Below, in pieces: positions 50,073 through 62,600 of a stretch of 64,000 nt of DNA (its first letter is position 1; each line of letters starts with the position of its first letter). The stretch is from Phoronis australis (lineage: Eukaryota > Animalia > Phoronida): the NCBI GenBank assembly GCA_002633005.1, contig NMRA01000062.1:1055890-1119889 (forward strand). Reading direction: 5' to 3'. Both the position numbers and the translations under genes were made by a program. Below the pieces are notes generated by a model. That model did no database searches. It had not been told where the DNA came from and worked only from the letters and a program-made list of their open reading frames with translations.

Positions 50073-53000
50073 TTCTAACAACAGCGACCCGAACTTCTAC
50101 CATTGGAGAGATGTCTACTTCCACTACACATTTTTCAAGTAACCAAAGTGTTACAACAGCACAACTATCAACTGGTGGACAGAACGAAACATCAGAACAA
50201 CTAGTAACAACTGGGCAGGGTGTTACTTCAGGGAAAACATCAACGAATCAGCTCCCTTTTACCTCACAACAAGAATCAACTACTCAACAGGCTTTTTTGC
50301 CCAATCAAACAACAACAGAACTACAACTAACAACTCAACAAACGGTCACAGTCGAAAAACCATCAACTTCTCAACAGTCTACTACAACTGAGCATCCCTC
50401 AACCATCACCCATGCTGTTACTTCACAAGGATCAGCAAAAACTCATCAAGTGGTGCAAACACAGCAGACACTAACTTCAGAACAACCTTCTACAACAGAA
50501 AAACCACCAACAATGACGAATATCGTTACTACACAACGGCCATCAACCACTGGACAAATTGTTTCAACTGAACTGGCATCATCAACTCAACAGCCTTTAC
50601 CGTCGGATAAACCATCTGGTACAATTCAAGGGGATACTTCGGTCGCTCTGTCGACCACGCAAGAGATTGATATAACAGAGCAGCAAACAACAAGTCGACA
50701 ACCTGCTTCAACCATGAGGTCGTCATCCACAGCTCAGGTCGTCTCTTCAGAAAAGCCAGCAACAACTCAAAGCACGGTTGTACCTGAACAGTCTTCCACA
50801 ACTAACCAAAAAGAAACAACAGAGGCACCGCCAACCACAAATCAGGCTGCCACAACTGACCAATCACCAACACCTCATCTGAATGTCACAACCGAACTTC
50901 TATCGACAGCCAAACATCCGCCTACAACAATGCAGGTTGCTACGTCAAAAGTTCATTCAACGACACAACAGATTGTTTCAACTGAAATGGCATCATCAAC
51001 TCAACAGCTCTTATCGTCGGATAAACCACTTAGTACAATTCAAGGGGATACTTCAGTCGTTCTGTCAACCACGCAAGAGATTGATATAACGAAGCACCAA
51101 ACAACAAGTCGACAACCTGCTTCAACCATGAGTCCGTCATCCACAACTCAGGTCGTCTCTTTAGAACAGCCCGCAACAACTCAAAGCACGGTTGTATCTG
51201 AACAGTCTTCCACAACTAACCAGAAAGAAACAACAGAGGCACCGCCAACCACAAATCAGGCTGCCACAACTGACCAATCACCAACACCTCATCTGAATGT
51301 CACAACCGAACTTCTATCGACAGCCAAACATCCGCCTACAACAATGCAGTTTGCTACGTCAGAAGTTCCTTCAACGACACAACAGATTGTCTCCACTGAA
51401 TTGGCATCATCAACTCAACAGCCTTTGTCGTCGGATAAACCATCTAGTACACTTCATGGCGATACTTCAGGTTTTCCATCAACCACGCAAGAGACTGATA
51501 CAACGGAGCAGCAAACAACAAGTCGACAACCTGCTTCAACCATGAGGTCGTCATCCACAGCTCAGGTCGGCTCTTCAGAACAGCCAGCAACAACTCAAAG
51601 CACGGTTGTACCTGAACAGTCTTCCACAAGTAACCAGAGAGAAACAACACAGGCACCTCCAACTACAAAACAAGCTGCCACAACTGAAATACCATCAACA
51701 ACTAAACTGAATGTCACAACCAAACTGCCATCGACAGCCAAACATCCGTCTACAACAATGCAGGTTGCTACATCAGAAGTTCATTCAACGACACAACAGA
51801 TTGTTTCAACTGAACTGGAATCATCAACTCAACAGCCTTTATCGTCGGATAAACCATCTAGTACAATTCAAGGGGATACTTCAGTCGCTCTGTCAACCAC
51901 GCAAGAGATTGATATAACGGAGCAGCAAACAACAAGTCGACAACCTGCTTCAACCATGAGTCCGTCATCCACAACTCAGGTCGTCTCTTCAGAACAGCCA
52001 GCCACTACTCAAAGCACGGTTGTACCTGAACAGTCTTCCACAACTAACCAGAAAGAAACAACAGAGGCACCGCCAACCACAAATCAGGCTGCCACAACTG
52101 ACCAATCACCAACACCTCATCTGAATGTCACAACCGAACTTCCATCGACAACCAAACATCCGACTACAACAATGCAGGTTGCTACATCAGAAGATCCTTC
52201 AACGACACAACAGATTGTCTCAACTGAATTGGCTTCATCAACTCAACGGCCTTTATTGTCGGATAAACCATCTAGTACAATTCAAGGGGGTACTTCAGGT
52301 GCTCCATCAACCATGCAAGAGATTAATATAACGGAGCAGCAAAGAACAAGTCGACAACCTGCTACAACCATGAGGTCGTCATCCACAGCTCAGGTCGTCT
52401 CTTCAGAACAGCCAGCAACAACTCAAATCACGGTTGTACCTGAACAGTTATCCACAAGTAACCAGAGAGAAACAACACAGGCACCGCCAACCACAAAACA
52501 AGCTGCCACAACTGAACAATCATCAACAGATATATTGAATATCACAACCAAACTGTCGTCCCCCGCCAAACATTCGTCTACAACAATGCATGTTGCTACT
52601 TCAGAAGTTCGTTCAACGACACAACAGATTGTTTCAACTGAACTGGCATCATCAACTCAACAGCCTTTATCGTCGGATAAACCATCTAGTACAATTCAAG
52701 GGGATACTTCAGGTGCTCCATCAAACACGCAAGAGATTGATATAACGGAGCAGCAAACAACAAGTCGACAACCTGCTTCAACCATGAGGTCGTCATCCAC
52801 AGCTCAGGTCGTCTCTTCAGAAAAGCCAGCAACAACTCAAAGCACGGTTGTAAATGAACAGTCTTCCACAACTAACCAAAAAGAAACAACAGAGGCACCG
52901 CAAACCACAAAACAAGCTGCCACAACTGACCAATCACCAACACCTCATCTGAATGTCACAACCGAACTTCTATCGACAGCCAAACATCCGCCTACAACAA

Positions 53001-54369
53001 TGCAGGTTGCTACGTCAAAAGTTCCATCAACGACACAACAGATTGTCTCCACTGAATTGGCATCATCAACTCAACAGCCTTTGTCGTCGGATAAACCATC
53101 TAGTACACTTCAAGGCGATACTTCAGGTTTTCCATCAACCACGCAAGAGATTGATACAACGGAGCAGCAAACAACAAGTCGACAACCTGCTTCAACCATG
53201 AGGTCGTCATCCACAGCTCAGGTCGGCTCTTCAGAACAGCCAGCAACAACTCAAAGCACGGTTGTACCTGAACAGTCTTCCACAAGTAACCAGAGAGAAA
53301 CAACAGAGGCACCGCCAACCACAAAACAAGCTGCCACAACTGAACAATCATCAGCAACTATATTGAATATCACAAACAAACTGCCGTCCACCGCCAAACA
53401 TTCGTCTACAACAATGCAAGTTGCTACTTCAGAAGTTCCTTCAACGACACAACAGATTGTTTCAACTGAACTGGCATCATCAACTCAACAGCCCTTATCG
53501 TCGGATAAACCATCTAGTACAAGTCAAGGGGATACTTCAGGTGCTCCATCAACCACGCAAGAGATTGATATAACGGAGCAGCAAACAACAAGTCGACAAC
53601 CTGCTTCAACATTTAGGTCGTCATCCACAGCTCAGGTCGTCTCTTCAGAACAGCCAGCAACAACTCAAAGCACGGTTGTACCTGAACAGTCTTCCACAAG
53701 TAACCAGAGAGAAACAACAGAGACACCGACAAGCACAAAACAAGCTGCCACAACTGAAATACCATCAACAACTAAACTCAATGTAACAACCAAACTGCCA
53801 TCGACAGCCAAACATCCGTCTACAACAATGCAGGTTGCTACATCAGAAGTTCATTCAACGACACAACAGATTGTTTCAACTGAACTGGCATCATCAACTC
53901 AACAGCCTTTATCGTCGGATAAACCATCTAGTACAATTCAAGGGGATACTTCAGTCGCTCTGTCAACCACGCAAGAGATTGATATAACGGAGCAGCAAAC
54001 AACAAATCGACAACCTGCTTCAACCATGAGTCCGTCATCCACAACTCAGGTCGTCTCTTCAGAACAGCCAGCAACAACTCAAAGCACGGTTGCACCTGAA
54101 CAGTCTTCCACAACTAACCAGAAAGAAACAACAGAGGCACCGCCAACCACAAATCAGGCTGCCACAACTGACCAATCACCAACACCTCATCTGAATGTCA
54201 CAACCGAACTTCCATCGACAACCAAACATCCGCATACAACAATGCAGGTTGCTACTTCAGAAGTTCGTTCAACGACACAACAGATTGTTTCAACTGAACT
54301 GGCATCATCAACTCAACAGCCTTTATCGTCGGATAAACCATCTAGTACAATTCAAGGGGATACTTCAGG
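50073..54369 (+). CDS. Mucin gene 2 giant exon: Thr/Ser/Gln/Pro-rich PTS domain, 3' end in assembly gap
   Basis: ttttgttgtag| acceptor, >1400 codons open, runs into Ns at 54370. Confidence 0.88.
50550..54369 (+). repeat. Coding tandem repeat, 414-bp/138-aa unit, at least 9 copies
   Basis: Shadow ORFs recur at 50883, 51297, 51711, 52125, 52953 and 54195, all offsets being multiples of 414. Confidence 0.95.
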
Positions 54370-54854
54370 NNNNNNNNNNNNNNNNNNNNNNNNNNNNNNN
54401 NNNNNNNNNNNNNNNNNNNNNNNNNNNNNNNNNNNNNNNNNNNNNNNNNNNNNNNNNNNNNNNNNNNNNNNNNNNNNNNNNNNNNNNNNNNNNNNNNNNN
54501 NNNNNNNNNNNNNNNNNNNNNNNNNNNNNNNNNNNNNNNNNNNNNNNNNNNNNNNNNNNNNNNNNNNNNNNNNNNNNNNNNNNNNNNNNNNNNNNNNNNN
54601 NNNNNNNNNNNNNNNNNNNNNNNNNNNNNNNNNNNNNNNNNNNNNNNNNNNNNNNNNNNNNNNNNNNNNNNNNNNNNNNNNNNNNNNNNNNNNNNNNNNN
54701 NNNNNNNNNNNNNNNNNNNNNNNNNNNNNNNNNNNNNNNNNNNNNNNNNNNNNNNNNNNNNNNNNNNNNNNNNNNNNNNNNNNNNNNNNNNNNNNNNNNN
54801 NNNNNNNNNNNNNNNNNNNNNNNNNNNNNNNNNNNNNNNNNNNNNNNNNNNNNN
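54370..54854. other. Assembly gap (others at 36574-36611 and 61261-61311)
   Basis: Runs of N. Confidence 1.
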
Positions 54855-55716
54855 NTCGTTGTACCTAACAATAATTTGTTTCCGAGTACTTCGGGCATGG
54901 TTTAAAATTGAAAGGGGTCATTACAAGTTGAATTTATGAGAATTGTATTGTTGCATTGCGAACTGAAAACTAGTCGATTGACGGGTAGTGCGAGACAAGG
55001 CAACGAGTAAGGACAGCTTTGATTTGCTTACGAGTAGTGACTCATGATTGGCCAGACATCTGTACTAATATGTTTTGTCTTTCCTTTTCAACGGAATATA
55101 TTTGAACTTTGGTAATTTTGGGCTACAAAATGTAGAACAACCTTTCTGGTGCTTCTCTCCAGTAGACACTGAGACACGCGGAGAGTGAAGCGCTAACTGG
55201 TCCATAAGCGATGACCTAGTTTTCGCAGAGAACCTGGCGGATGACCTAGTTTACGAATTGCTGGTAATGCAGGAAGTTCGGCCCCGCCCAGACATTCTCA
55301 CTCAGTCCCGAACCAGCAAATGGAATTCGGGAAAATTTTAGGGAGTCCATGCCCCCCCCCCCCTCTAAATCAGCCTCTGATTGTTTACGTAAAGCGCTAC
55401 CTGTGTTATAGTAAGTATATAAGTAAGTAAGAAGTAAAATGTTTATTTATCGGTATCAGGGAACTGAGGTTGACAGAAAAACAGAAGCTCAGGTGCTAAT
55501 GACCGATATAAAATGAGAAATCAATATGTAGAAAAGAGGTAGATGGGCTATGCACAGAAAGTATACAAATAGACATGACTTGTCAAACCGTTCAAAAGAC
55601 AGTTGACAGCGTATTTGGCAAAGGTGGCATTCAGTTCACACTGAGCTTGGCGTATATATGGCGACTTAACTCATTTGTAAAGGTATTGAGATCTTGGCAA
55701 CATCTTTTACGTTCAG

Positions 55717-55939
55717 CATGCGCGCACCCAGCCTTTAATATTTCTGACGAAGTGGACCTTTTCCTGACAAAAAGCGGTAGTTAAAAAACGGGCTACCACC
55801 TTCAGGACTCTGAAATATATGCGCGTCTCCGCCTTTATTGGACGTTTGTCTCGGACTTGTTGTTTCTCTGAGGCGGACCTTTTTGTCCACTTCGCCAAAT
55901 GGGGGTGGGGGTCGTTCGAGCCCCCTGGGTGCGCGCATG
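55717..55939 (+). mobile_element. MITE, family CATGCGCGCACCC, copy 3
   Basis: Perfect terminal inverted repeats catgcgcgcacccag / ctgggtgcgcgcatg. Confidence 0.85.
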
Positions 55940-56099
55940 TTCTGGTAACTTGTTCCATAAAGATACCTCTTGGTGGTGAATAGAATTAAGCCCATAGGAT
56001 GTAGTGGCGAACCTTCCAACACACAGAGTGTTTTCCCCCGTACGTCATAGGGCAGACGTCGATCTGAGAACAACACTGGAGAGGGCAAGGACCTATCTG

Positions 56100-57380
56100 A
56101 TTCATATCAGTGCTTGAAAATAGCCACCCCCAAGACATTGTAGACTTGGAACAAAAAGCGGAGTGGAGTTTGACTTAGACAGTAAGATGCCAATACGACG
56201 ACTGGTGGTCACTGAAACAAATTTTAAGGCCCGATATTGAATCTTTTCCATTTTGCGGTCTTTCTGAACACCACATAAGTGCCAAAGAAGAGGACAATGA
56301 TTAAAATATGACCGAATAAGTGCATAATAAATCTTCAACTTAGTTTTTGTATCCCAATAAATGACACAGACGGAACAAGGCCTAGACAAATGTTTTGCTG
56401 CTTTGGCACAGAGGTTGTCCACATGTTCATGGAAGTTTAATTTACACTAGGTCAATATGTGCACACCCAACAGGTTAACAGAATTCTCACACTTAATAAC
56501 ATTCGTGCCAACATAAAGAATTTTTTCGGAATCACTGAGTGTGTCTCTACTAAGAGTGACGGCTTTGAATTTTTCAGTATTTGCAAACATTATTGTCAAA
56601 CCATCCTCATGCGCGCACCCAGGGGGTGGCTTGAGGGGGGCTCGAACGAGCCTCTTCATTTGGCGAAGTGGGCAAAAAGGTCCGCCTCAGAGAAACAAAA
56701 ACTCCGAAAAAGTAGAAAACAAGACAAAAGGCCACTAAAAAGGCAGGAACTACCAAAATTCGGTGAATGTATAATTTATAACTCTGAAAGTACCCCGTGA
56801 ATCTTAGTAAAAGGTCACATTCTCAAAAATTCGCCACTCCCTCCCCAAGTTTTGGATGGGTGTGCGCATGATCTCACAGCCTCATTAGCTGCGTTTTTCC
56901 GAACAAATCTGACCTTTTCCATAGAGTCGTCACAGTGTACAAGCACTATAAAAAATATCGTTTATGAAAACATTGAATAGCAGACGGAGGACCCAGGATA
57001 GCTAGAACCTTGGGGCACACCTTTAGAGTCAGGGTGCCAATTGCTATAATCATTTTCAACTTTAATTCTCAGACAAATAGGAGAGTAGTAAAGAACATGT
57101 AAAGAACATGTTTTGTGAGAACAACCATAGGCACCAAGTTTCGACACCAGTAAGGCATTGGAAAGGTAGTCGAATGCTTTTGACAAATCAATTTGAATGC
57201 ATCCCGCACAAAGCCCGCGGTCCTTGGGTGATCCTCAAAAGAACATCTTCACAACCAAAACCCTTTCTAAAGGCACAGAGGTTTTTGTTTAGAATTTTGT
57301 CGAAATAAACATTTAGTTGTTTTTCAGAAGTCTTTCAAAAACTTGATTTACAGTGGAAAAAACACTAACAGGCCATGTAC
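56100..57380 (-). mobile_element. Degenerate CR1/L2-group LINE reverse transcriptase remnant
   Basis: SKAFD..LL.KL.AYG, GVPQGS, LLGVHI and IYYALIRSYFNHCPLLW...MEKIQYRALKFV motifs across broken ORFs. Confidence 0.85.
56608..56870 (-). mobile_element. MITE, family CATGCGCGCACCC, copy 4, inserted into the LINE remnant
   Basis: Terminal inverted repeats catgcgcgcaccc / gggtgtgcgcatg; interior is the reverse complement of copy 3. Confidence 0.85.
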
Positions 57381-59989
57381 CCCTAGCGAACAAGCAGGGA
57401 ACTAACGAAGGCATATGTGTGCTTCCTGCACAAAATCGCACTATAACGTAACAACGCGGAAGACTTCGCGGGACATCGCCGTATATTTGCTTATTTAGTT
57501 TGACGTCGTTTTGACGTTATGCAAAAATTCAGATAAAATTAAAATGCCAAACTTAAAAACAATAATTATCATAATAATTAGGCCACGTTTACGTAGCCCA
57601 GTAAGTTACTAAGCATTTCGAAAATTATTTTCTTGCTATGGACCCGGTCAACTTTCCGGGAGCATTATGGGTTCAAGCGTTGTCGGACAACACCGATCAA
57701 TCCAAACGCAATTTTGTAAAAAAATTCAAGCACTAAATTGCTCCCCCCTCTCGTGGTTACCTGAATCGGAAAAATCCAAGACCGGCAAAATTTTCGAAAC
57801 CAGTTCCAGACCTAGGTATACCGAACTGTTTCACGCTTTTCTAAATTTTGATCATAGGATAAAAAAATTACCTTTCCACAAGAAAAACTCCAGGTTAGAC
57901 GGCCAATGTTCCGTGAGTGTGTGCCCAACCTATATGTTTCATTACATTTACAGTGAATGACGTCAGAGGAACACATGAACCCCGAAGTACTGTGACTATA
58001 ATTAGGTACTTATCTTCTGACACCATTAATTGGCGATTTCGAGAGGAACTGTTCCAAATCCTTTACCATTACAAAGGAACTAACCATAGTTATTCCATAA
58101 CCATTTTTGAAAAACATAAATGCCACTGAAAACACTGAATAATTTTGTTTCCGAAAGTTAGGTCTGCACTGTCACCGAAGAGGTTGAAGGGCGGGATCCA
58201 ATATTTCTATTATCTCATAGAGAGGCATTTAACGTTATATATAAACCTAAACCTCAACACGTACACGCATCAACTATTTGTTGAAAGTTTACAAGGGGAG
58301 TCTGTATTTTGAGACGAGCTTTGCCGGAAATATTCTCTCTAAACTGCCGAAAATTAAAGTTGAAGAGAAACTTTTCAGTAGGACTGCACTCAGGGTTGAT
58401 CTTGTTTGCTACATTGTGATTACATATTCTACAGTAATTGAGGTCAACACTCAAAGGTTTTCACCACAACTTTGCGCCTAGTCTTCATTAAAATTTGATG
58501 AAATTTGTTATTTAAGTTATCAAGTGTTGTATTGGCCGTACTGTAACAAATTTAGTTTTGCATACTGTAAATACAAAACATTTTTATTCCAGGTTTCAAA
58601 AAGCATCCTATTATGCCACTTTCTTCAATCATTAAACTGTTTTTTCTCAGTGTTTATCAAAATGCCACAGAAAATGAGATAGCCTCAGGATTACTCAAGT
58701 AAGAATTCGTGCGGCAACAGTTTTTCTCCAGAGGTCAACAACTCACTTGGTTGAACAGATATTTGATTCTATGCATGTACTGTATCAAAACTGCAACAAT
58801 CCAGATTCGTTCAGTACTTTGGCATTGTACCCACAGAGCCTTCGGGTGGATTTGTTTCATATGAAATTATCAAGATATACTCAGTACTGTCTTGCTGAAA
58901 TTTTGACTGCAATAATTGTCCGTGTAAAACTATTTGACATCAAATTCCATGTTTGTTGCCATTCATTGTTGGATTTAAATTTAAATAATAAATGGAACAT
59001 TTTAGCACCCTGCATGGCTAATAGCTAAAACAATTGTACATTTAGTTGGGCAAATTTGTTCAACAATAGCCACTTGTTTATCCGACAGTATCTGTCAAAT
59101 TGCTTTGTTTGGAAAACCACTTCATATTTGACTTGTTTATTTGACAAATCACTTGTTTGTTCAGCAATCCACTTGACCGCTTGTAAAATTAATTGTCTAT
59201 TTTGACGGTGTTGTCTATTTTGAAATTACCGCTTACCATGAAATTTGAACTTTTGTCACCGAGTCTAAGCCAGACTGTGACAAACCCGTCCTGTAATTAA
59301 ATCCCCCCAAAAAACGGACGCTGTTGTTGTCGCAGATGTTAGCTAAAAAGTTCAAGAAGTCTGCCCCATCCAACAATAACCCAAAAATGCGTTTCGGTGG
59401 TCGCCGGTAAACCCATGATGTGCCGGTGTGCCGACTTTTGGGCGATTTTCATCAACCTACGTCAAAATTCTCCAAAACATCGATTTCCGAGAGGTGGAAT
59501 ATTTGTGGAAAATTTAACAACAGTTTAATAAATACCACTTTAGAACAAGTAATGTGCAATACAGGGTACAAAGCGTTTACTGATTTTTAAAATTGTAACC
59601 AACAAAAGCAATATTTAACACAACACAGGGAACAGGACGTGTAAATACCAACGACTGCACAAATGTTGAAAATTATCAGCAATCACATTTTGTGTATTGA
59701 ATATTTTTACAGTGTTATTTAATTGAGAAGAAAGTTGTCACTTGCACAAGTTTTACGTCTCTTGATCCCGTGAAAACATAAGGAAACTACCTCTTCGCAC
59801 GACTGAGCTTTTGTTAATGTGACTACCTGAATAGTACACAGAAGGCGTTGCTATTGCACCATGCACTCGCCAGACGAAGTCAACTACCGTGTGAAATTAT
59901 AGTGGCGAGACCATCTCGTATACGAAGTTGGTAAGCTTGCCCCAGTCTCCACGTGTTCACAGTAGACGGATGCTAACAAGGAGCTGGCA

Positions 59990-60400
59990 AGAAAAGGAAA
60001 TTAAAGGCATTCTAATAGGAAATCACGAACTCGTTCTTACTCAATACGCAGATAACACAACTTTTTCCTTAGACTGCTACCAGAGAAGTTTGAAAAGTTC
60101 CGAAAAAATATGCCAAGGTAGATGCCCGGTTTGAGAGAAAATTATTCCAAAACGAATGTTATATGGATGCACACTAAAATAGTTGTAAAATTGTTTTCCC
60201 TCATACGAGATGGAAATTAGAATGGGCTATAATCGAATTTAAATGTTAATGTACGAATTTTAGCGTTGAAAATTGATTGAAATCAATGGCGAGGAAAAGA
60301 TTGATGAAATTAGTAATCTTATTAAAGTTTGATCTAGAAGAAAATAATAATTTTGCCAAAGTTACTGTGCCAAGAATCATCCCACTAATGTTATAAATGA
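59990..60400 (+). mobile_element. Degenerate L1/Tx1-type LINE RT remnant
   Basis: EIKGILIGNHELVLTQYADNTTF, resembling IKGI...LSQYADDTT, followed by decayed downstream motifs. Confidence 0.7.
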
Positions 60401-61251
60401 AATGATAAATATATTAGTGGTTGAGTACTTTTTAAAAATGACATGCTTGAAGAAAATATTAATATCTACTGTCATTTAATGAACTTAAAATGAATCAAAT
60501 ATACGAAGCAATTTCCTAGAACATTGTTCGCTGAGTGATTCTACTGGTCTTTTATTGGGCAGAACACCATTACACAAACAATTAATTAAAAAGATTTAAG
60601 CACCATTAGTGTCAATGTTTGTAATATTTTTAACTGCTCATCAGTGTGCACACAAATTTATGAAATTAACACAGCAGCTATGAGGTCATCAGCAGCCAAA
60701 TGGTCCAAAATAACAGCAGCGAATGTATTCTAATAGTACTCGTGCAACGGATAAAATTGATAAATGAGAAAAAAGCGCTGAATTTAGTAGTTAGCAGTTT
60801 TCATAATGAGTGCAAATTATTGCAAAAACAGTAGTATCCGCTCTTTATTGGTATCATCAGCGAGGCACGCGTTAAAAGGAATTTCTCTGTATTAATTGTA
60901 AGGATCCTTTGAGGTACCGACGAAAACCACACCTCACAGCAATGAGTGGCCTTGCAAGGAAACCTTATCGTCGCCATTTTTCTAGTTTGCCGTGTGTGCT
61001 AACAAGACGTGTGTTAATCATCATTGATTTATCCACGTAATTATAGGAAGAAAAGGAAAACGAAAACGACACACTAGACTTCGTAATAGCAAGTAGCCAG
61101 ACGTGCTAGCCGAGATGCCTCGCCAAGAAGTTCGAACACACGCACAGCTGCACCTAAATGACACGACTAAAAATGAACACAATGCCCGAGTAGTGACAGT
61201 AGATGACGGATGATCGTTGAATTAACGGCTCAGTAGCGATCAAAGCAGCAG

Positions 61252-61395
61252 AGAGAGGGANNNNNNNNNNNNNNNNNNNNNNNNNNNNNNNNNNNNNNNN
61301 NNNNNNNNNNNGGGAGGGAGGGAGGGTGGAAGGGTTGGAGGGAGGGAGGGATGGAGGGAAGGAGCGAAGGAGGGAGGGAGGGAGGGAGGGAGGGT
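61252..61395. repeat. (GGAG)n purine-rich simple repeat flanking an N-gap
   Basis: Directly visible in the sequence. Confidence 0.9.
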
Positions 61396-61689
61396 GAATT
61401 GTCTACTAAAATGATTGCATGTCGGTTGGACTGCAAACCCAGATGGCCGGTGATCAAACGTGTTGTCTGGACTTCAAAACGCGATGGCCTCACCCAAAGA
61501 ACTAGTTGGCTAGACCCTAATCACGATGGCCAATACTGTAACCAGCTGGCCGGTGATTTGTTCGACCATTCTGTTTGAGAGCCAGCCAAACCAGTTTTTG
61601 GTTGCTGACATGTGGTCTTGAGGTACCAGACACCGTCAGTCACGAGTACTACAATCTGGTGAGTAGCCGTAAAAGTGTGTCAAAACTGA

Positions 61690-61960
61690 AGTCAGAGTGA
61701 GTAATTGTCAGTGCTAGCCGGTGACATTGCAAAACATTTATATGTTTGAAGATCATCAACAATGACTTTAAAAAAATCAAATTTTGCGTTGAGCGACTGA
61801 ATATTGACACTCTGTAATTTGAGTTCATCTTTATGTAATTCCAACCCTCCAATGTCATAACAGTTGGATTTATTCATTTGAAACGCATCTTCGTTGTCTG
61901 AATTATTAAGAGTATCGATTAAATTTTACCAATATCTTCCCTAGTAATGTTTGAGCACTT
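61690..61960 (-). mobile_element. LINE (CR1/L2) APE-endonuclease N-terminal remnant
   Basis: LKLQSVNIQSLNAKFD resembles the (S)LNIQSLNAKFD start of LINE endonucleases. Confidence 0.6.
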
Positions 61961-61976
61961 TCTTGGAATTACAGGT

Positions 61977-62140
61977 CAGGGGCCTGTTCCAAGTAAATTG
62001 ACTTAGCTAAGACAAATCTTAAATTTAAGCCAATTATAAGATAAAACTTCAATTTATCTGAACGCTGTTTCTTGAAATTGATCTTAAGTTAAGTTTTTGA
62101 CTAAAGTTTTGTGATAAGTTCGACTAACTTACCAGATGTG
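61977..62140. mobile_element. PIF/Harbinger-like DNA transposon end; related end at 44973-45000
   Basis: caggggccYgttccaagtaa..gactta present at both loci. Confidence 0.4.
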
Positions 62141-62184
62141 GAAGTTTCAAAGTTTGGAGGTTGAGTCAAATCTTTTACTTTTAA

Positions 62185-62600
62185 ACGCTCTGATGTCATT
62201 GTCGCCAGTCCTGTCTTCAGGTGGATAGTCTCCGTCCTCAGCCGTTTAGGCGCTGTCCACAACGACCTCTAGAGGTGCGCCAACCGAATTGATCATCCTC
62301 GGTCCAGGACTGTATGGCTCGTCTCTTCTCTCCTACTACTTCACTAATACAGCATCACAAGCCTGCCCACTTCCCCTAGTCTTCTTGCACCACTGTTCGT
62401 TCCTCTTCTTCCGTATCCACTGCGACGCCTTCTCCGCTCGCTCGCTTATAACGAAATGCACGAAATGCCCTCCATACTGACTGCCCAACAAATCCCCTGC
62501 ACCCAACTTCAACTGGCCAGTATCATTCTCTCCAGGCCATCCTTCGACATTCCTCGCACAACTGTTGATATTTCTTAGTTTTCTTGGTCTATCTTCGTGT
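62185..62600 (-). mobile_element. 3' fragment of a HERO/R2-group (RLE) non-LTR retrotransposon with its 3' UTR
   Basis: Manual translation KKYQQLCEECRRMAW..WPVEVGCRGFVGQSVWRAF / ISERAEKASQWIRKKR matches the RLE C-terminus pattern; one stop and one frameshift. Confidence 0.75.

Noticed and set aside
50529-54905. Repeated short ORFs (MSQPNF..., MWKTVQ...) on both strands
   Set aside because: Shadow frames of the 414-bp coding repeat; ORFs crossing the N-gap are artefacts.
58254-58790. Minus-strand ORF with YCRIC and a nearby 44-nt exon-like segment (58747-58790)
   Set aside because: Could be a transposon accessory-gene relic, but no coherent model could be assembled.
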